NCBI GenBank assembly: GCA_964535735.1
Contig: CAZHTM010000001.1
Coordinates: 89,369 to 153,368, forward strand
Source of the DNA: an uncultured bacterium
GTDB lineage: Bacteria > Fidelibacterota > Marinisomatia > Marinisomatales > J089
Length of the DNA: 64,000 nucleotides
Direction of reading: 5' to 3'
A program made the translations under genes and the position numbers. The first letter of the stretch is position 1, and every line of letters starts with the position of its first letter. Below are positions 32,146-43,375 of the stretch, piece by piece. Below the pieces are notes generated by a model. That model was not told the DNA's origin, ran no database searches, and was given only the letters and a program-made list of their open reading frames with translations.

Positions 32146-32703
32146 ATGATTAAAGACGTACTAAATGATTGCCAGAGCCGAATGGATTCGGCCATAAAGC
32201 ATACCCAGGGAGAATTAGTCAAAGTTCGTACCGGACGGGCAAATCCGGAATTTGTTGAAAGCGTTCAGGTTGAATATTATGGAACCAAGATGCCATTAAA
32301 CCAGGTATCCACTATTACCGTCCCTGAAGCTCGTTTGATTTCTGTCCAACCCTTTGAAAAAAATATGATCCCCGTAATTGAAAAGGCGATCATGGAGAGT
32401 AATCTTGGGCTGACTCCCAGTAATAATGGGACCACTGTGTTAATTCCCATTCCACGATTATCAGAAGAACGGCGCAAGGATTTGATTCGTGTCGTCCATC
32501 ATCTGGTGGAAGAAGGGCGAGTAGCTGTTCGAAATGTGCGCAGGGATACGATTCAACAGTTAAAATCCCTGATGAAAGAAGAACATATCTCAGAAGACGA
32601 CATCAAGCGCGCAGAAGGCGATGTCCAGGACTATACGGACGAACATATTAATCGATTAAATGATATCCAATCTTCCAAGGAAAAAGAAATTTTAGAGTTT
32701 TAG
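32146..32703 (+). CDS. frr: ribosome recycling factor
   Basis: 185 aa. LVKVRTGRANP...V.VEYYG...PL.Q...I.VPE.R...I.P.....I..IEKAI..S.LGL.P.NNG....I.IP.L.EERRK. Confidence 0.95.
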   Translation: MIKDVLNDCQSRMDSAIKHTQGELVKVRTGRANPEFVESVQVEYYGTKMPLNQVSTITVPEARLISVQPFEKNMIPVIEKAIMESNLGLTPSNNGTTVLIPIPRLSEERRKDLIRVVHHLVEEGRVAVRNVRRDTIQQLKSLMKEEHISEDDIKRAEGDVQDYTDEHINRLNDIQSSKEKEILEF

Positions 32704-32731
32704 TCGGATTGCTACGGTTAAATATGATACC

Positions 32732-32762
32732 AAAAACGCCCCGAGAATATCAGGGCGTTTTT
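32732..32762. terminator. bidirectional intrinsic terminator between convergent frr and nrdJ
   Basis: AAAAACGCCC-cgagaatatca-GGGCGTTTTT. 7-bp GC core (32735-32741 / 32753-32759), flanked by an A-run and a T-run. Confidence 0.65.
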
Positions 32763-32784
32763 GATTCGGGGTTAACAAACAGGA

Positions 32785-35205
32785 TTATTCACATTTTGAC
32801 CAGCCACAATGCCGGCAAATGAGACAACCTCCTTCATTGACCACATTACTACAGTGGAGGGGATTCCCTTCAGAACATACTGCATCATTATTGGCGGAGA
32901 ACTGAAGATCCGCTTTCATCGGTTCTTCTGCAAAGGTAATTTGAGCTTTACGTGGCCGCTCGGGGCGCTCCTGACCTTGCCGGGTTTCCCTCAAATAATC
33001 ATCCAAGGCTTTGCCAATGGCATCAGGTGTGGACAAGATCAGACGACCTTCTTCCCAACTAGGGTTAGGACCACTAATGCCTTTCAGTTGTTTTACGATT
33101 TCGCGGGGATGAATCCGTGAACGGAGAGCCAGCGAAATAAGGCGACTAATGGCTTCGGATTGGGCGGCGGCATTTCCGCCGGCCTTGCCGATGGTTGTGA
33201 AAACTTCACACAATCCGTCGTCATCTTCATTGATTGTGATATATAACGTTCCATCACCAGTTCGTATCCGACGGGTAACACCACGTGTTACGGTTGGACG
33301 CTTCCGAGGACTAAGATTCGCGCTCTCAACCGGTTTTGTAGCGGTTACCGCTGTATCTTCGGTTTTTTTCTCTTCTTTTTTAGTAATCAGAATACCTTCA
33401 CGGGAACCTTCACGATACACGGTGATGCCTTTTAAGCCGGATTTATAAGCTGTCATGTAAATATCGGCTACTACGCTTTCACTTACATCTTCCGGAAGAT
33501 TCACGGTCGAGGAAATAGAACTGTCAATATACTTTTGGACAACTCCTTGCATTTTGACCCGGAAGTAGGGATCAATCATGTGGGCCGTAACCACATAATC
33601 CGGTAGATTGGCATCATCGCCAAAAAGTTTTTGAATTATGGGATGGAAAACTTTGTATTCCTTGAAAGATTTCCCGTATCCGTCATTTTCTTTTACGCGC
33701 CGCATATAACTAGTGGCGAAAATGGGTTCGATGCCGGAAGTAACCCGAGCTACAATAGCGCCACTTCCCGTTGGAGCAACCGTGGTTAGTGTTGCATTCC
33801 GGATGCCATTATTTTGGATTTCATCCCGGAGTGTTTTGGGAAGATTTTTTACGAATTTGCTTCGATTATAACCCTTCCAATCAAAATTCGGGAAAGGACC
33901 TTTTTCTTGAGCCAGTTGAACGCTGGTTTCATAAACCGTATCCCGAAATAATTGCATTACTTGATCAACGGTTTGAAGGGCGTCTTCCGTATCATATCGA
34001 ATCCCCATTTTAACCAGCATATCACCCAATCCCAGAATTCCCAGGCCAACCCGGCGGTCATTTTTGGCATTATCCTTTTGACTGGGCAAGGCATGACGAT
34101 CCATATTATAATCCACAACATTGTCTAAGAAACGGGTAGCAATTCGGGCAGTCTCTTTGAATTCATCAATCATAAAATTGCCGTTATCATCCACAAACCG
34201 TTCCAGATTGATTGCACCTAGATTGCAACATCCCCCGTCAGGCAAAGGTTGTTCCGCACAGGGATTCGTTGAGACCAGAGGGCTTACGTATTCGGCGTTG
34301 TGATACTCTTTCATGGTATCCCAGAAGATAAGACCCGGTTCGGCACTACTATGGGCATGATGGATAATGGTGTTCCATAATTCACGTGCTTTTACGGTTT
34401 TATATACTTTACCGCCCCAGGTAAGTTCAAAATCAGAATCCGACTCCACCGCTTCCATGAATTTATGTGTGAGCAATACGGAAATATTGCTGTATTTCAC
34501 CATGTTTTCGTCGCCGGTTTTGATTTTGATAAATTTTTCCACGTCCGGGTGATCAATACGAATAGTTTGCATATTGGCGCCACGGCGACCATGCTGGGCA
34601 ATGGTATTTGTATTTTCGCTAAAAAGGTTCATGAATCCAGTCGGACCGCAAGATTCTCCTCCAGTGCCGTTTATTTTACTTCCGGAAGGACGAAGGACGG
34701 ATAAATCGTGGCCACAACCGCCGCCGTACTTATAGGTGAGAGCTTCATTTACAATGGCTTCATAAATCGACTGGATTGAATCATCTTTGACACCCACAAC
34801 ATAGCAATTGTTGAGTGTTGTTGTAATGTCTTCACGCCCGGCGCCGTGCATAATTCGACCACCGGGAACAAATCTGAAATCTTCAAGAATTGAGAAAAAA
34901 CGTTTTTCCCACGTATTTCGGAGTGTCTTGGTACGCTCAACGGAAGCAATGGCTTTTGCCATACGTTTCCATAAATGCCAGGGGTGGGTTTCACCGGGAG
35001 CCAGATATTTATTTCTTAAAACATCGGCGCCGAGGTGATCATCCTGATAGTAGTTGTCAATTTGATAGTGGGTGGGTACTTCTTCCGAAAAGGAAATGCG
35101 ATCCTGATCTTTTTTAATATCCAATAAGGTTTCTTTGACACGTGGGTCAAACTCCCTACCCCCAGGACGATTTTCTAAAAAATTTAATTCTATTGCTTCT
35201 GCCAT
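32785..35205 (-). CDS. nrdJ: adenosylcobalamin-dependent (class II) ribonucleotide reductase
   Basis: 806 aa. Active-site text STNPCAEQPLPDGGCCNLGAINL. Monomeric class II length. C-terminal redox Cys cluster CLICRHCGWSKCE. Confidence 0.85.
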   Translation of the reverse strand: MAEAIELNFLENRPGGREFDPRVKETLLDIKKDQDRISFSEEVPTHYQIDNYYQDDHLGADVLRNKYLAPGETHPWHLWKRMAKAIASVERTKTLRNTWEKRFFSILEDFRFVPGGRIMHGAGREDITTTLNNCYVVGVKDDSIQSIYEAIVNEALTYKYGGGCGHDLSVLRPSGSKINGTGGESCGPTGFMNLFSENTNTIAQHGRRGANMQTIRIDHPDVEKFIKIKTGDENMVKYSNISVLLTHKFMEAVESDSDFELTWGGKVYKTVKARELWNTIIHHAHSSAEPGLIFWDTMKEYHNAEYVSPLVSTNPCAEQPLPDGGCCNLGAINLERFVDDNGNFMIDEFKETARIATRFLDNVVDYNMDRHALPSQKDNAKNDRRVGLGILGLGDMLVKMGIRYDTEDALQTVDQVMQLFRDTVYETSVQLAQEKGPFPNFDWKGYNRSKFVKNLPKTLRDEIQNNGIRNATLTTVAPTGSGAIVARVTSGIEPIFATSYMRRVKENDGYGKSFKEYKVFHPIIQKLFGDDANLPDYVVTAHMIDPYFRVKMQGVVQKYIDSSISSTVNLPEDVSESVVADIYMTAYKSGLKGITVYREGSREGILITKKEEKKTEDTAVTATKPVESANLSPRKRPTVTRGVTRRIRTGDGTLYITINEDDDGLCEVFTTIGKAGGNAAAQSEAISRLISLALRSRIHPREIVKQLKGISGPNPSWEEGRLILSTPDAIGKALDDYLRETRQGQERPERPRKAQITFAEEPMKADLQFSANNDAVCSEGNPLHCSNVVNEGGCLICRHCGWSKCE

Positions 35206-35378
35206 TAACGTCTTCCTTTGGTCGTGGTTTTAAGCTAATTGTTTAAGACGTCGTTGGCGAATGAAATCGCGAAAACTCGATGGGTTGGCAATAGAAATCT
35301 ATCTAGGTTGCATGCAGGAACCAAATAAAATTTACAAATGACATGTTTCTCGTCGAGAACTATGTAGATATTAACAAC

Positions 35379-35408
35379 TTATCCACAAGTTTTCCACAGG
35401 TATCGACA
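35379..35408 (+). promoter_or_regulatory. three phased DnaA-box-like 9-mers upstream of nrdJ
   Basis: TTATCCACA (35379-35387, perfect consensus), TTTTCCACA (35390-35398, 1 mismatch) and GTATCGACA (35400-35408, 2 mismatches). Spacing is 11 and 10 bp, and the site lies about 175-200 bp upstream of the nrdJ ATG. Confidence 0.45.
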
Positions 35409-35494
35409 GGTATTGAAAAAATGTATCAAACCATAACTTTATGGATATCCGGATTTAACCGTGGGCGCATCACGTAAACTATATTTTAAATGGG

Positions 35495-36103
35495 TTAATT
35501 GGCAGTAATACCGATAGAATCACACATAGCTTTGTAATGGGAGTAAAACGCTCCCAAAGGAAATCCGACGACATTGTAAAAACAACCGGATATACGACCC
35601 ACATGAAGCGCAAACCAATCTTGAATCCCGTAGCTACCGGCTTTATCAAACGGTTTAAATTGATCTACATAGTACTCAATCTCTATCTGGGAAAGCGGAT
35701 TAAAGGTGACATCGGTTAATTCATGGAACGTTACCGAATAACGACGAGCTTCCCATATTAGAGCAACGCCGGTGCATACCTGGTGTGTTTTTCCGGAAAG
35801 GTTTGACAACATGCCAATAGCTTCGGAACGAGTCGACGGCTTTCCAAGAATGGTATCTCCAAGTATTACAATAGTATCGGCTCCAACGACAAGAGCGTCA
35901 GGGAATTTGGCGGAAATAGACCGAGCTTTCAGTTCCGCGAAATGACGTGTCAAATCGGTAGGTGATAAATCAATGGAAAAATCCTCGTGGATATTGGCCG
36001 GATGAACTGAAAATTGAAACCCCACCTGGTTGAGAAGCTGTCGGCGCCGGGGAGACCCGGAAGCGAGGATCATGGGGACAGGAGGATAGGGTTGTTTATT
36101 CAT
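35495..36103 (-). CDS. maf: Maf-like nucleoside triphosphate pyrophosphatase
   Basis: ILASGSPRRRQLL...ADT.V......ILGKP....A...L..LSG..H.V.TGV...DKAG.YGIQ. Confidence 0.9.
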   Translation of the reverse strand: MNKQPYPPVPMILASGSPRRRQLLNQVGFQFSVHPANIHEDFSIDLSPTDLTRHFAELKARSISAKFPDALVVGADTIVILGDTILGKPSTRSEAIGMLSNLSGKTHQVCTGVALIWEARRYSVTFHELTDVTFNPLSQIEIEYYVDQFKPFDKAGSYGIQDWFALHVGRISGCFYNVVGFPLGAFYSHYKAMCDSIGITAN

Positions 36104-39100
36104 ATTTAGCCAATCGTTCGATCCGGTGTACCGATCCTGATGAATTTCGTGCTTTTATACGATATAGATAAACGCCATTGGCCAGGGATTGACCATACGC
36201 ATCGCGTCCGGCCCACGACAAAGCATTGAACCCGGCCTCCATAAGCTGTGGTCCCAGCGATGCTATTTTACGTCCCTTTAACGTGAAAATATCAATTGTG
36301 ACTTCCGCTTGTTCGCTCAATTCAAAAGTAAAATCCGTGCGTAATTGAAATGGGTTAGGGTAATTATATACATTCATCAATTTCAGCCCGGAAAAAGCAC
36401 TCTTGAAGATTTTCAATTCCGATTGAGATCGATTATTTGCGTTATCCCAGGCCTCTACATGAAGGATGCCACCGTCTTGAATTTCCTGATTCAGAATTGT
36501 AAGGGTCCCTGTGGTAATGGAATTCATGTCGTAAATAAAACGATCGGTAACATCCTGGAGGTCACCACCGTCTTCATATGAAACCTGGATGGAATGTCCA
36601 ATCTCTCCCGTCACATTAACCCCAAGAGGATCAGAGAGGCGGACGACTAGGTTTTCCTCTCCAAACAGATGGTCGCCATTGCCCAATCGACGGCCAGATT
36701 CGGTTTCAAAATAAATTTGAGGACCGGTATGGTCAGTGGTTGGATCGCCCCCAGTGAAGAACAAGCCCCCGATGCTCCCCATGGCGTCTTGAAAAGGGGT
36801 TTCATCGCCGGAAATGTACACCGATAAATAACCAGGATTGTTGGAATACGAAATATCTAAGGGGATTCTTACCAAACCGGAAAAATTCGATCCAGTAAAT
36901 CCGATTTGACCTCGGAATAAGGTAGGTCCCGGAAGGGTAAAGGAAAGGGATTGTTCGGTATTAAGAAAGGAATATGTACGGGTAATGTATCGATCCGCAT
37001 CTCGGAGGTTGACGATTCCAGTTCCGGTTCCCGCCAGGAGATTTTGGGTTCCAAAAAACTCTGCCTGTTCCAAGGCCTTTAAAGTATCTTGAGACAACGT
37101 AAGGGCTGAAAGGGTGTCAGCGGCCAAAGGGAGCTTGAGAGCTGGATCTCCAAATAAATGGAAGAGTTCACCGTCGGCATTGCCAGTCTTCACCGACTGT
37201 AATATATCTCCCAGAGGGTGATGCGACACTTGGCGATTAGGAAAAATAGATCGAAATATCTGTTCGGTGTAATATTGATTACTGGTTACAGTAATTAGTC
37301 GACTTGTGGTGATGATCGCCGCTGCTCCATCCATAGGTTTCCGTATTAAATCTTCTGAAAAGGCTTCATTTTGGACATAATCAAAATGTCCCCATGAACA
37401 GGTTCCGGCAATCCACAGGGGGAGCTTCATTCCGGTTTGGATAGCATTCACATCCCCGCGGTCTTGGAACAATAATCGTTCCTGAGCCCATTGATGTTCA
37501 CTACCATGTCCAATATAATTGATAATCGCAGTTCCCTCTCGGATTTGATCCAGTAGCGCTTGAGTCGCATCCGGTTTAATGACGCCATATGACGAAGCAT
37601 CGCTTACTTCGGGGTATTCAATCATATATAGTTTTTTGGTAATAACCGATGGATCCACTAATGCCGATAAAATTTCACTATTGATGGTATGACTTTTTCC
37701 GGTTGATATCTGCGATATTAGATGTTCTGGACGTTTAGTGTCATCCGCGACCAATGTAATTTGCTGACGCCACAATCCAGAAATGGGATGATTTTCTAAT
37801 TCCAGAACTTTTTCAATGTAATTGGTAACATCCTCTACAGTATGCGCCGGGTAACGGCCTAGAGGTACTTCTGGGATATCCCCGTAGACAGTTGCTAAAC
37901 GATCATCTGTTGCACGGCTGCTGGTGAGACCAATTTCGATTGTAGGTACCAAAGTACGTGACTCTCCGGTGATATTTCGATAGTCAAAATCGGCATCACC
38001 CAGCAGAAAAATCATGGGGCGCAAAGGAGGAAGATTGGTCCAGTTTTCTCTAGCCCATTGAATAAAAAAGCGGATTGCCATCGGATCTTTGCAGCCAGCG
38101 GTGAACTCGTCGTACAGGGTCTCGATAGGGACATACATGGATTGATCGCGAAAATCGACGAGGGGTTGAGCAGCGTTCTGGAATTCTTTAGGACCGATAA
38201 TTATATGCTCTGCATAGCGTTGTGTTGTTCGGAATTCCTGGAAGGACTTGGGACCAACCCAGGTCAATTCTGTAGGGAGGGGTATATATTCGGGATTGAA
38301 TACTATCAAGCGGTGAAGGCTATCACCAGGTACGTCGTCAATGACGGACCACCCGGTTGATTCAGGCTGAATTGTTAGAGATACGGAGTGATCCGGATTT
38401 GTGATATCCCAAACCTGTTGGGGCTCAACCCCGGAAAAGACGTACCGATATTTTGCCCCATTCTCAGGACTGTAAAAGTCAAAAGATTGTCCATTAAATT
38501 CCAATGATCGAAAATAGTGTAAAGTAAACGCATCATAGTACGGTTCGGAGTTAGGATCATTAGATACATTAGTAAGTTTTAGTGTGTTGTTACCCGATAT
38601 CAAATTGGCGAAGTTTAGGGAAAAGGTCATGGTTTTTTTACCGAATCCTGCCCAAAATAAATTTCCAGATAACGTGTTACCGTTTATCGCGACCGCAATT
38701 GAATGATTCGCAAAAATTGAATTGCCAGAACTGCTTCCTCCATACATCTGAACAGTAAGGCTGGTTGCCAACAAGGGATCATTAATGGGATTTTGAAGTG
38801 TAAAGGGTATATTTTGGCTTCCGCCGGGTGAAATGGCATTTTGAACCCATAATAGTCCCGACTCATAAGGGTTTAAAAGGTCAAATTCCGAATGGAGATA
38901 CGCGGAAACTGAATTCACGGTTTCGGCTCCCAGATCTGAAGTCGATATTTCCGTTATGCGTAGTCCGGTTCGTTGGTCATCATTGGGAATCAATAACCAA
39001 TATACATTCTCCGTAAAATATACATTCTGCCGATAGACTACTTGGGTTCCATTGATCTCAAATCCTTGAGCCCCACGTCCATACCAAAGTAATTTATCGT

Positions 39101-39875
39101 CCGCATCCAGTTGACCGTTATTTTCTCCGATAACCATCATGGGCACTTCCACTAGGTTCTCCGGTAAAGCCTGATTTGGAGACTGGTCATAGGGGCGACC
39201 GCCTTGAGGCCCGGTAAACACTGAAAAGGACCGGGGATTCTGCGTTACGTCGAAGGGTGATAAGTCCATTATTTGTTGACCCGTGAGACGCACCGGACCA
39301 TCTTCAGTGACAAGGATTTTGATCCAATTACCCGTGGGTAACTCCGTGGTAGATCGACGAGATACAATCGGTGGTTGCCTCCACTGACGTGCCACAGTCC
39401 AATTGATAATATTCTGACTCAACGGCGAATCCAGCGGTAAGGATCGGGCGGACGGCGGCTGTTGCGCAGGAAATCGAATGGTGACGGTCATAAAGGCATA
39501 GGCTTGGTCTTGCCCGACGCCGGGTCCCACTTCCAGCGTGGCCGTAAATATCCCCTGGTAGCGTTGTTTTTGAATCCAACGAATCCCCGTGAACAGGGAA
39601 TCTTCTACGTGAAATGGAAGCTGGCGCGGATCTGATCCAACCAGTTCAATACTGGGATACTCATCGGATGGTAATCCGACTAAAATGGGGATAGGACGCA
39701 CATCATCCGGAGACTGAAGTGGATTGATTATCCTGATGATTAATTCTTTTTGAGTGGAAGATTGAACGTCCACCAGTACAGCAGACCAGAGTGTGCTGCT
39801 GGTTACTGTTAACCAAAGAAAGATGACCGTTATTAGTCGGAACATAAGCTGAAATATACGGTTGAAGTTTGACAT
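36096..39875 (-). CDS. peptidase C25 (gingipain) family protein with T9SS-type C-terminal domain; PorU-like sortase candidate
   Basis: 1259 aa with signal peptide. Catalytic His/Cys context NYIGHGSEHQW ... LWIAGTCSWGHFD. EFTAGCKDPMAIRFF motif. C-terminal ~90 aa NVYNYPNPF...GVYLYRIKA are typical of T9SS/FlgD-Ig-like CTDs. Confidence 0.7.
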   Translation of the reverse strand: MSNFNRIFQLMFRLITVIFLWLTVTSSTLWSAVLVDVQSSTQKELIIRIINPLQSPDDVRPIPILVGLPSDEYPSIELVGSDPRQLPFHVEDSLFTGIRWIQKQRYQGIFTATLEVGPGVGQDQAYAFMTVTIRFPAQQPPSARSLPLDSPLSQNIINWTVARQWRQPPIVSRRSTTELPTGNWIKILVTEDGPVRLTGQQIMDLSPFDVTQNPRSFSVFTGPQGGRPYDQSPNQALPENLVEVPMMVIGENNGQLDADDKLLWYGRGAQGFEINGTQVVYRQNVYFTENVYWLLIPNDDQRTGLRITEISTSDLGAETVNSVSAYLHSEFDLLNPYESGLLWVQNAISPGGSQNIPFTLQNPINDPLLATSLTVQMYGGSSSGNSIFANHSIAVAINGNTLSGNLFWAGFGKKTMTFSLNFANLISGNNTLKLTNVSNDPNSEPYYDAFTLHYFRSLEFNGQSFDFYSPENGAKYRYVFSGVEPQQVWDITNPDHSVSLTIQPESTGWSVIDDVPGDSLHRLIVFNPEYIPLPTELTWVGPKSFQEFRTTQRYAEHIIIGPKEFQNAAQPLVDFRDQSMYVPIETLYDEFTAGCKDPMAIRFFIQWARENWTNLPPLRPMIFLLGDADFDYRNITGESRTLVPTIEIGLTSSRATDDRLATVYGDIPEVPLGRYPAHTVEDVTNYIEKVLELENHPISGLWRQQITLVADDTKRPEHLISQISTGKSHTINSEILSALVDPSVITKKLYMIEYPEVSDASSYGVIKPDATQALLDQIREGTAIINYIGHGSEHQWAQERLLFQDRGDVNAIQTGMKLPLWIAGTCSWGHFDYVQNEAFSEDLIRKPMDGAAAIITTSRLITVTSNQYYTEQIFRSIFPNRQVSHHPLGDILQSVKTGNADGELFHLFGDPALKLPLAADTLSALTLSQDTLKALEQAEFFGTQNLLAGTGTGIVNLRDADRYITRTYSFLNTEQSLSFTLPGPTLFRGQIGFTGSNFSGLVRIPLDISYSNNPGYLSVYISGDETPFQDAMGSIGGLFFTGGDPTTDHTGPQIYFETESGRRLGNGDHLFGEENLVVRLSDPLGVNVTGEIGHSIQVSYEDGGDLQDVTDRFIYDMNSITTGTLTILNQEIQDGGILHVEAWDNANNRSQSELKIFKSAFSGLKLMNVYNYPNPFQLRTDFTFELSEQAEVTIDIFTLKGRKIASLGPQLMEAGFNALSWAGRDAYGQSLANGVYLYRIKARNSSGSVHRIERLAKYE

Positions 39876-39980
39876 GATTCTGGTATGGAGATGTGGATAG
39901 CTGTAAATTTATTTCTTGATTTTCCTACGAATCGATTCATTTTCGGTTCCAGTATTTAACCGTAGCTATGGAGTAGCCCC

Positions 39981-42242
39981 ATGTTTGATTTTGATATGAT
40001 TCAGCGACATTATTCCCGCCTGGATGAAAAAGTAAATGCTGCCCGAAAACTGGTTGGGCGACCGTTAACCTTGGCAGAAAAAATTCTCTATTCTCACCTA
40101 GATGAACTTCCCAATACACCACCTAAACGCTTAGATACGTATGTGTATTTGCGTCCGGATCGGGTGGCCATGCAGGATGCAACAGCTCAAATGGCCCTGC
40201 TTCAATTCATGTCCGCTGGAAAACCACGAGTTGCCGTTCCCAGCACGGTCCATTGTGATCATTTAATTCGGGCGGAAAAGGGTGCTAATGAAGATCTGAA
40301 TACTGCTCAGGTGACCAATAAAGAAGTGTATGATTTTCTGGAATCTGTGAGTCAAAAATATGGGATTGGATTCTGGAAACCCGGTGCCGGGATTATTCAC
40401 CAAATCATTTTAGAGAATTACGCTTTTCCTGGAGGATTAATGATCGGTACCGATTCCCATACCCCTAACGGAGGCGGTTTGGGTATGCTGGCCATTGGCG
40501 TAGGTGGCGCCGATGCGGTTGATGTTATGGCGGGAATGCCCTGGGAACTGCGTTGGCCCGGATTGATTGGGGTAAAATTAACTGGTAAACTGTCCGGATG
40601 GACGGCTCCTAAAGACGTTATTTTGAAATTAGCCGGCATTTTGACCGTGAAAGGTGGAACGGGAAAGATTGTAGAATATTTTGGTGAAGGAACCCAGTCC
40701 ATAAGTTGTACAGGGAAAGCAACCATTACCAATATGGGCGCTGAAATTGGTGCCACCACCTCGGTTTTCCCCTTCGATGATCGAATGGCGGCCTATCTGG
40801 ACGCCACGGAACGTGCCGAGTTGACTCAGGCAGCCCGTCAGCATCAAAACAACTTAATGGCAGACCCTGAGGTGTTGGAACACCCGGAATCCTATTATGA
40901 TGAAGTTATTGAAATCAATTTGTCCGAACTGGAACCCCACTTGGTCGGTCCGTTCACACCTGACCTTGCCCATCCCATTTCCCGGATGAAAGAGGATGTG
41001 GAAAAGGAGGGGTATGAGGATACGGTAAGTGCGGCGTTGATCGGAAGTTGCACCAATTCATCCTACGAGGATATTGAAAAAGCCGCCCATGTGGCGCGAC
41101 AGGCTGCTGCTAAGGGGTTGAAAGCCAAGGCAGATTACATGATTACCCCGGGATCTGAACAAATTCACACTACCATTGCCCGGGACGGTCAACTTGAAGC
41201 CCTGGAATATCTGGGAGGGAAAGTTTTAGCCAACGCGTGTGGGCCGTGTATTGGGCAGTGGAAACGGCACGGCATGCCCGAAGGACAGAAGAATTCAATT
41301 GTTACATCTTTTAATCGAAATTTTGCCCGACGGAATGATGGAAATACGGGGACCTATGCCTTTATCGGTAGTCCGGAACTGGTTACCGCTCTGGCGATTG
41401 CGGGACGGCTCAGCTTTAATCCTTTAACGGATACATTGATTAACGATAAAGGTGAAGCGGTCAAATTAGACCCGCCAGAAGGGGATGAATTGCCTCGGAA
41501 TGGTTTCGAAAAAGGTCGTGATGGGTACATTTCTCCCGTAGAGGATGGCTCAGCCGTGGAAGTGAAGGTTGATTCCCAGAGTGAACGACTGCAACTACTC
41601 ACCCCGTTCAGTCCCTGGGATGGTAATGATATTGAAGATTTACCGGTATTATTAAAAGCCAAAGGAAAATGTACCACCGATCATATTTCGCCGGCCGGAC
41701 CCTGGTTGAAGTATCGGGGGCATCTGGACAATATTTCCAATAATATGTTTATCGGTGCGACCAACGCGTTCACTGGCGAGATCGGCAAAGGAACGAATGT
41801 GTTGACGGGTGAAACCGGTCAGGATTTTTCCGCCATTGCCCGGGATTATAAATCCAAGGGTGTTTCCTGGTGCGTTATTGGAGATGAAAACTACGGGGAA
41901 GGTTCCAGCCGGGAACATGCCGCCATGGAGCCGCGTCATTTGGGATGTAAAGTGGTATTGACCCGGAGTTTTGCCCGCATTCATGAAACCAATCTGAAGA
42001 AACAAGGCGTTCTACCCCTGACCTTTGTAGACCCGAAGGATTATGATCGGATTCAGGAGCAGGATCGTCTGTCTGTGCATGGACTTCAGGATTTGGCGCC
42101 GGGTCGAAATCTCATGGTTGTAATTACACATGCTGATGGAACTCAGGAATCCTTCGAAGTGGCGCACAGCATGTCAGAAATGCAAATTGAATGGTTCAAA
42201 TACGGATCGGCGTTGAATCGCATCGCTGCCGAAAATGGTTGA
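39981..42242 (+). CDS. acn: aconitate hydratase (753-aa mitochondrial/Bacteroidota-type)
   Basis: [14 protein letters not shown]...VHCDHLI...[12 protein letters not shown]...SCTNSSYED...[10 protein letters not shown]...SFNRNF..RNDG. Confidence 0.9.
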   Translation: MFDFDMIQRHYSRLDEKVNAARKLVGRPLTLAEKILYSHLDELPNTPPKRLDTYVYLRPDRVAMQDATAQMALLQFMSAGKPRVAVPSTVHCDHLIRAEKGANEDLNTAQVTNKEVYDFLESVSQKYGIGFWKPGAGIIHQIILENYAFPGGLMIGTDSHTPNGGGLGMLAIGVGGADAVDVMAGMPWELRWPGLIGVKLTGKLSGWTAPKDVILKLAGILTVKGGTGKIVEYFGEGTQSISCTGKATITNMGAEIGATTSVFPFDDRMAAYLDATERAELTQAARQHQNNLMADPEVLEHPESYYDEVIEINLSELEPHLVGPFTPDLAHPISRMKEDVEKEGYEDTVSAALIGSCTNSSYEDIEKAAHVARQAAAKGLKAKADYMITPGSEQIHTTIARDGQLEALEYLGGKVLANACGPCIGQWKRHGMPEGQKNSIVTSFNRNFARRNDGNTGTYAFIGSPELVTALAIAGRLSFNPLTDTLINDKGEAVKLDPPEGDELPRNGFEKGRDGYISPVEDGSAVEVKVDSQSERLQLLTPFSPWDGNDIEDLPVLLKAKGKCTTDHISPAGPWLKYRGHLDNISNNMFIGATNAFTGEIGKGTNVLTGETGQDFSAIARDYKSKGVSWCVIGDENYGEGSSREHAAMEPRHLGCKVVLTRSFARIHETNLKKQGVLPLTFVDPKDYDRIQEQDRLSVHGLQDLAPGRNLMVVITHADGTQESFEVAHSMSEMQIEWFKYGSALNRIAAENG

Positions 42243-43200
42243 CCCTTACCAGGTCCTTATTACCGATCCCATTTCAGAAGATGGCATCCGGCTTTTGACA
42301 AATGCAGGGATTCAGGTTCATCTTCATGTAGATAAAACTGGTCCCGAATTTGAAGCTGCCCGTGAACGATCTCATGGATGGATCATTCGCAGCGGTACGC
42401 GAATCACCAAAGATGAGTTAGCCAAAGCGCCCCGATTGAAAGTCATCGGCCGGGCCGGTGTGGGGGTGGACAATGTGGATCTTGAAGAAGCTTCTCATCG
42501 GGGCATCGTCGTAATGAATACGCCGGATGTGAATACCATTTCAGCTGCTGAACATACCCTGGCACTATTGCTGTCCTTATCCCGACATATTCCGCAAGCC
42601 TTCGCCTCGCTCTCTAAAGGACGCTGGAATCGGAGTCGATGGATCGGAACCGAACTTATGGGTAAAACGTTAGGCGTCATTGGTTTGGGGAAAATTGGTA
42701 GAGAAGTTGCAAAGCGGGCTGCCGCATTTGGAATGCAAATCCTGGGTTATGATCCCTACGTCCGAAATGAGGACCTGGATGAAGAGGTGATTCACCGGGT
42801 TAAATTGGATAACATTCTTCGTGATTCGGATTATATTACCCTTCATGTACCATTGAACGATGAAACCCGAGGACTTATCGGAGCACATGAACTGAATGTG
42901 ATGAAACCCACTTGCCGACTCATTAACGTGGCGCGGGGAGGCATCGTGGATGAAGTCGCCCTAGCGGAGGCCTTGAAAGCTGGGACTATCGCCGGTTCGG
43001 CAATTGATGTGTTCAGTCAAGAACCACTTGATAGACATCATCCATTATTGGGTATTGACCGTTGTGTTGTCACCCCTCATCTGGGAGCGTCTACACAAGA
43101 AGCAAAGCAACGGGTATCCAAAGAAATATGTACACAGGTTAGGGACGCACTTTTGGAAAGAAAGATGAGAAATGTGGTGAATCGTTCCCATCAAACGTGA
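42235..43200 (+). CDS. D-isomer-specific 2-hydroxyacid dehydrogenase (short 3-phosphoglycerate dehydrogenase-like, no ACT domain)
   Basis: [29 protein letters not shown] fold [16 protein letters not shown], catalytic [10 protein letters not shown]...TPHLGAST. 8-nt overlap with acn. Confidence 0.75.
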   Translation: MVDPYQVLITDPISEDGIRLLTNAGIQVHLHVDKTGPEFEAARERSHGWIIRSGTRITKDELAKAPRLKVIGRAGVGVDNVDLEEASHRGIVVMNTPDVNTISAAEHTLALLLSLSRHIPQAFASLSKGRWNRSRWIGTELMGKTLGVIGLGKIGREVAKRAAAFGMQILGYDPYVRNEDLDEEVIHRVKLDNILRDSDYITLHVPLNDETRGLIGAHELNVMKPTCRLINVARGGIVDEVALAEALKAGTIAGSAIDVFSQEPLDRHHPLLGIDRCVVTPHLGASTQEAKQRVSKEICTQVRDALLERKMRNVVNRSHQT

Positions 43201-43375
43201 TGAGATTGCCTCAAAAACGTCAAATTACTGAACGATTATCGGTGCAAGACGGGGCTAATAAAAGAAAAAAAATGGTTGAACGATGTAGGGTGATCAAATT
43301 AGACTGCTTCTAGAATCAAAGCCAATCGTCGGGATCATTATCTTATTTGAAAGAACTAAACGTTAGAGGTAGCCC

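Noticed and set aside
35206-35494. NrdR boxes or a cobalamin riboswitch upstream of nrdJ.
   Set aside because: There is no pair of ACACTATATATAGTGT-like palindromes at about 31-bp spacing; only loose fragments (aactatgtagat, aaactatatttt) more than 100 bp apart. No B12-box-like GCCACTG core was seen either. I cannot exclude divergent sites without a covariance-model scan.
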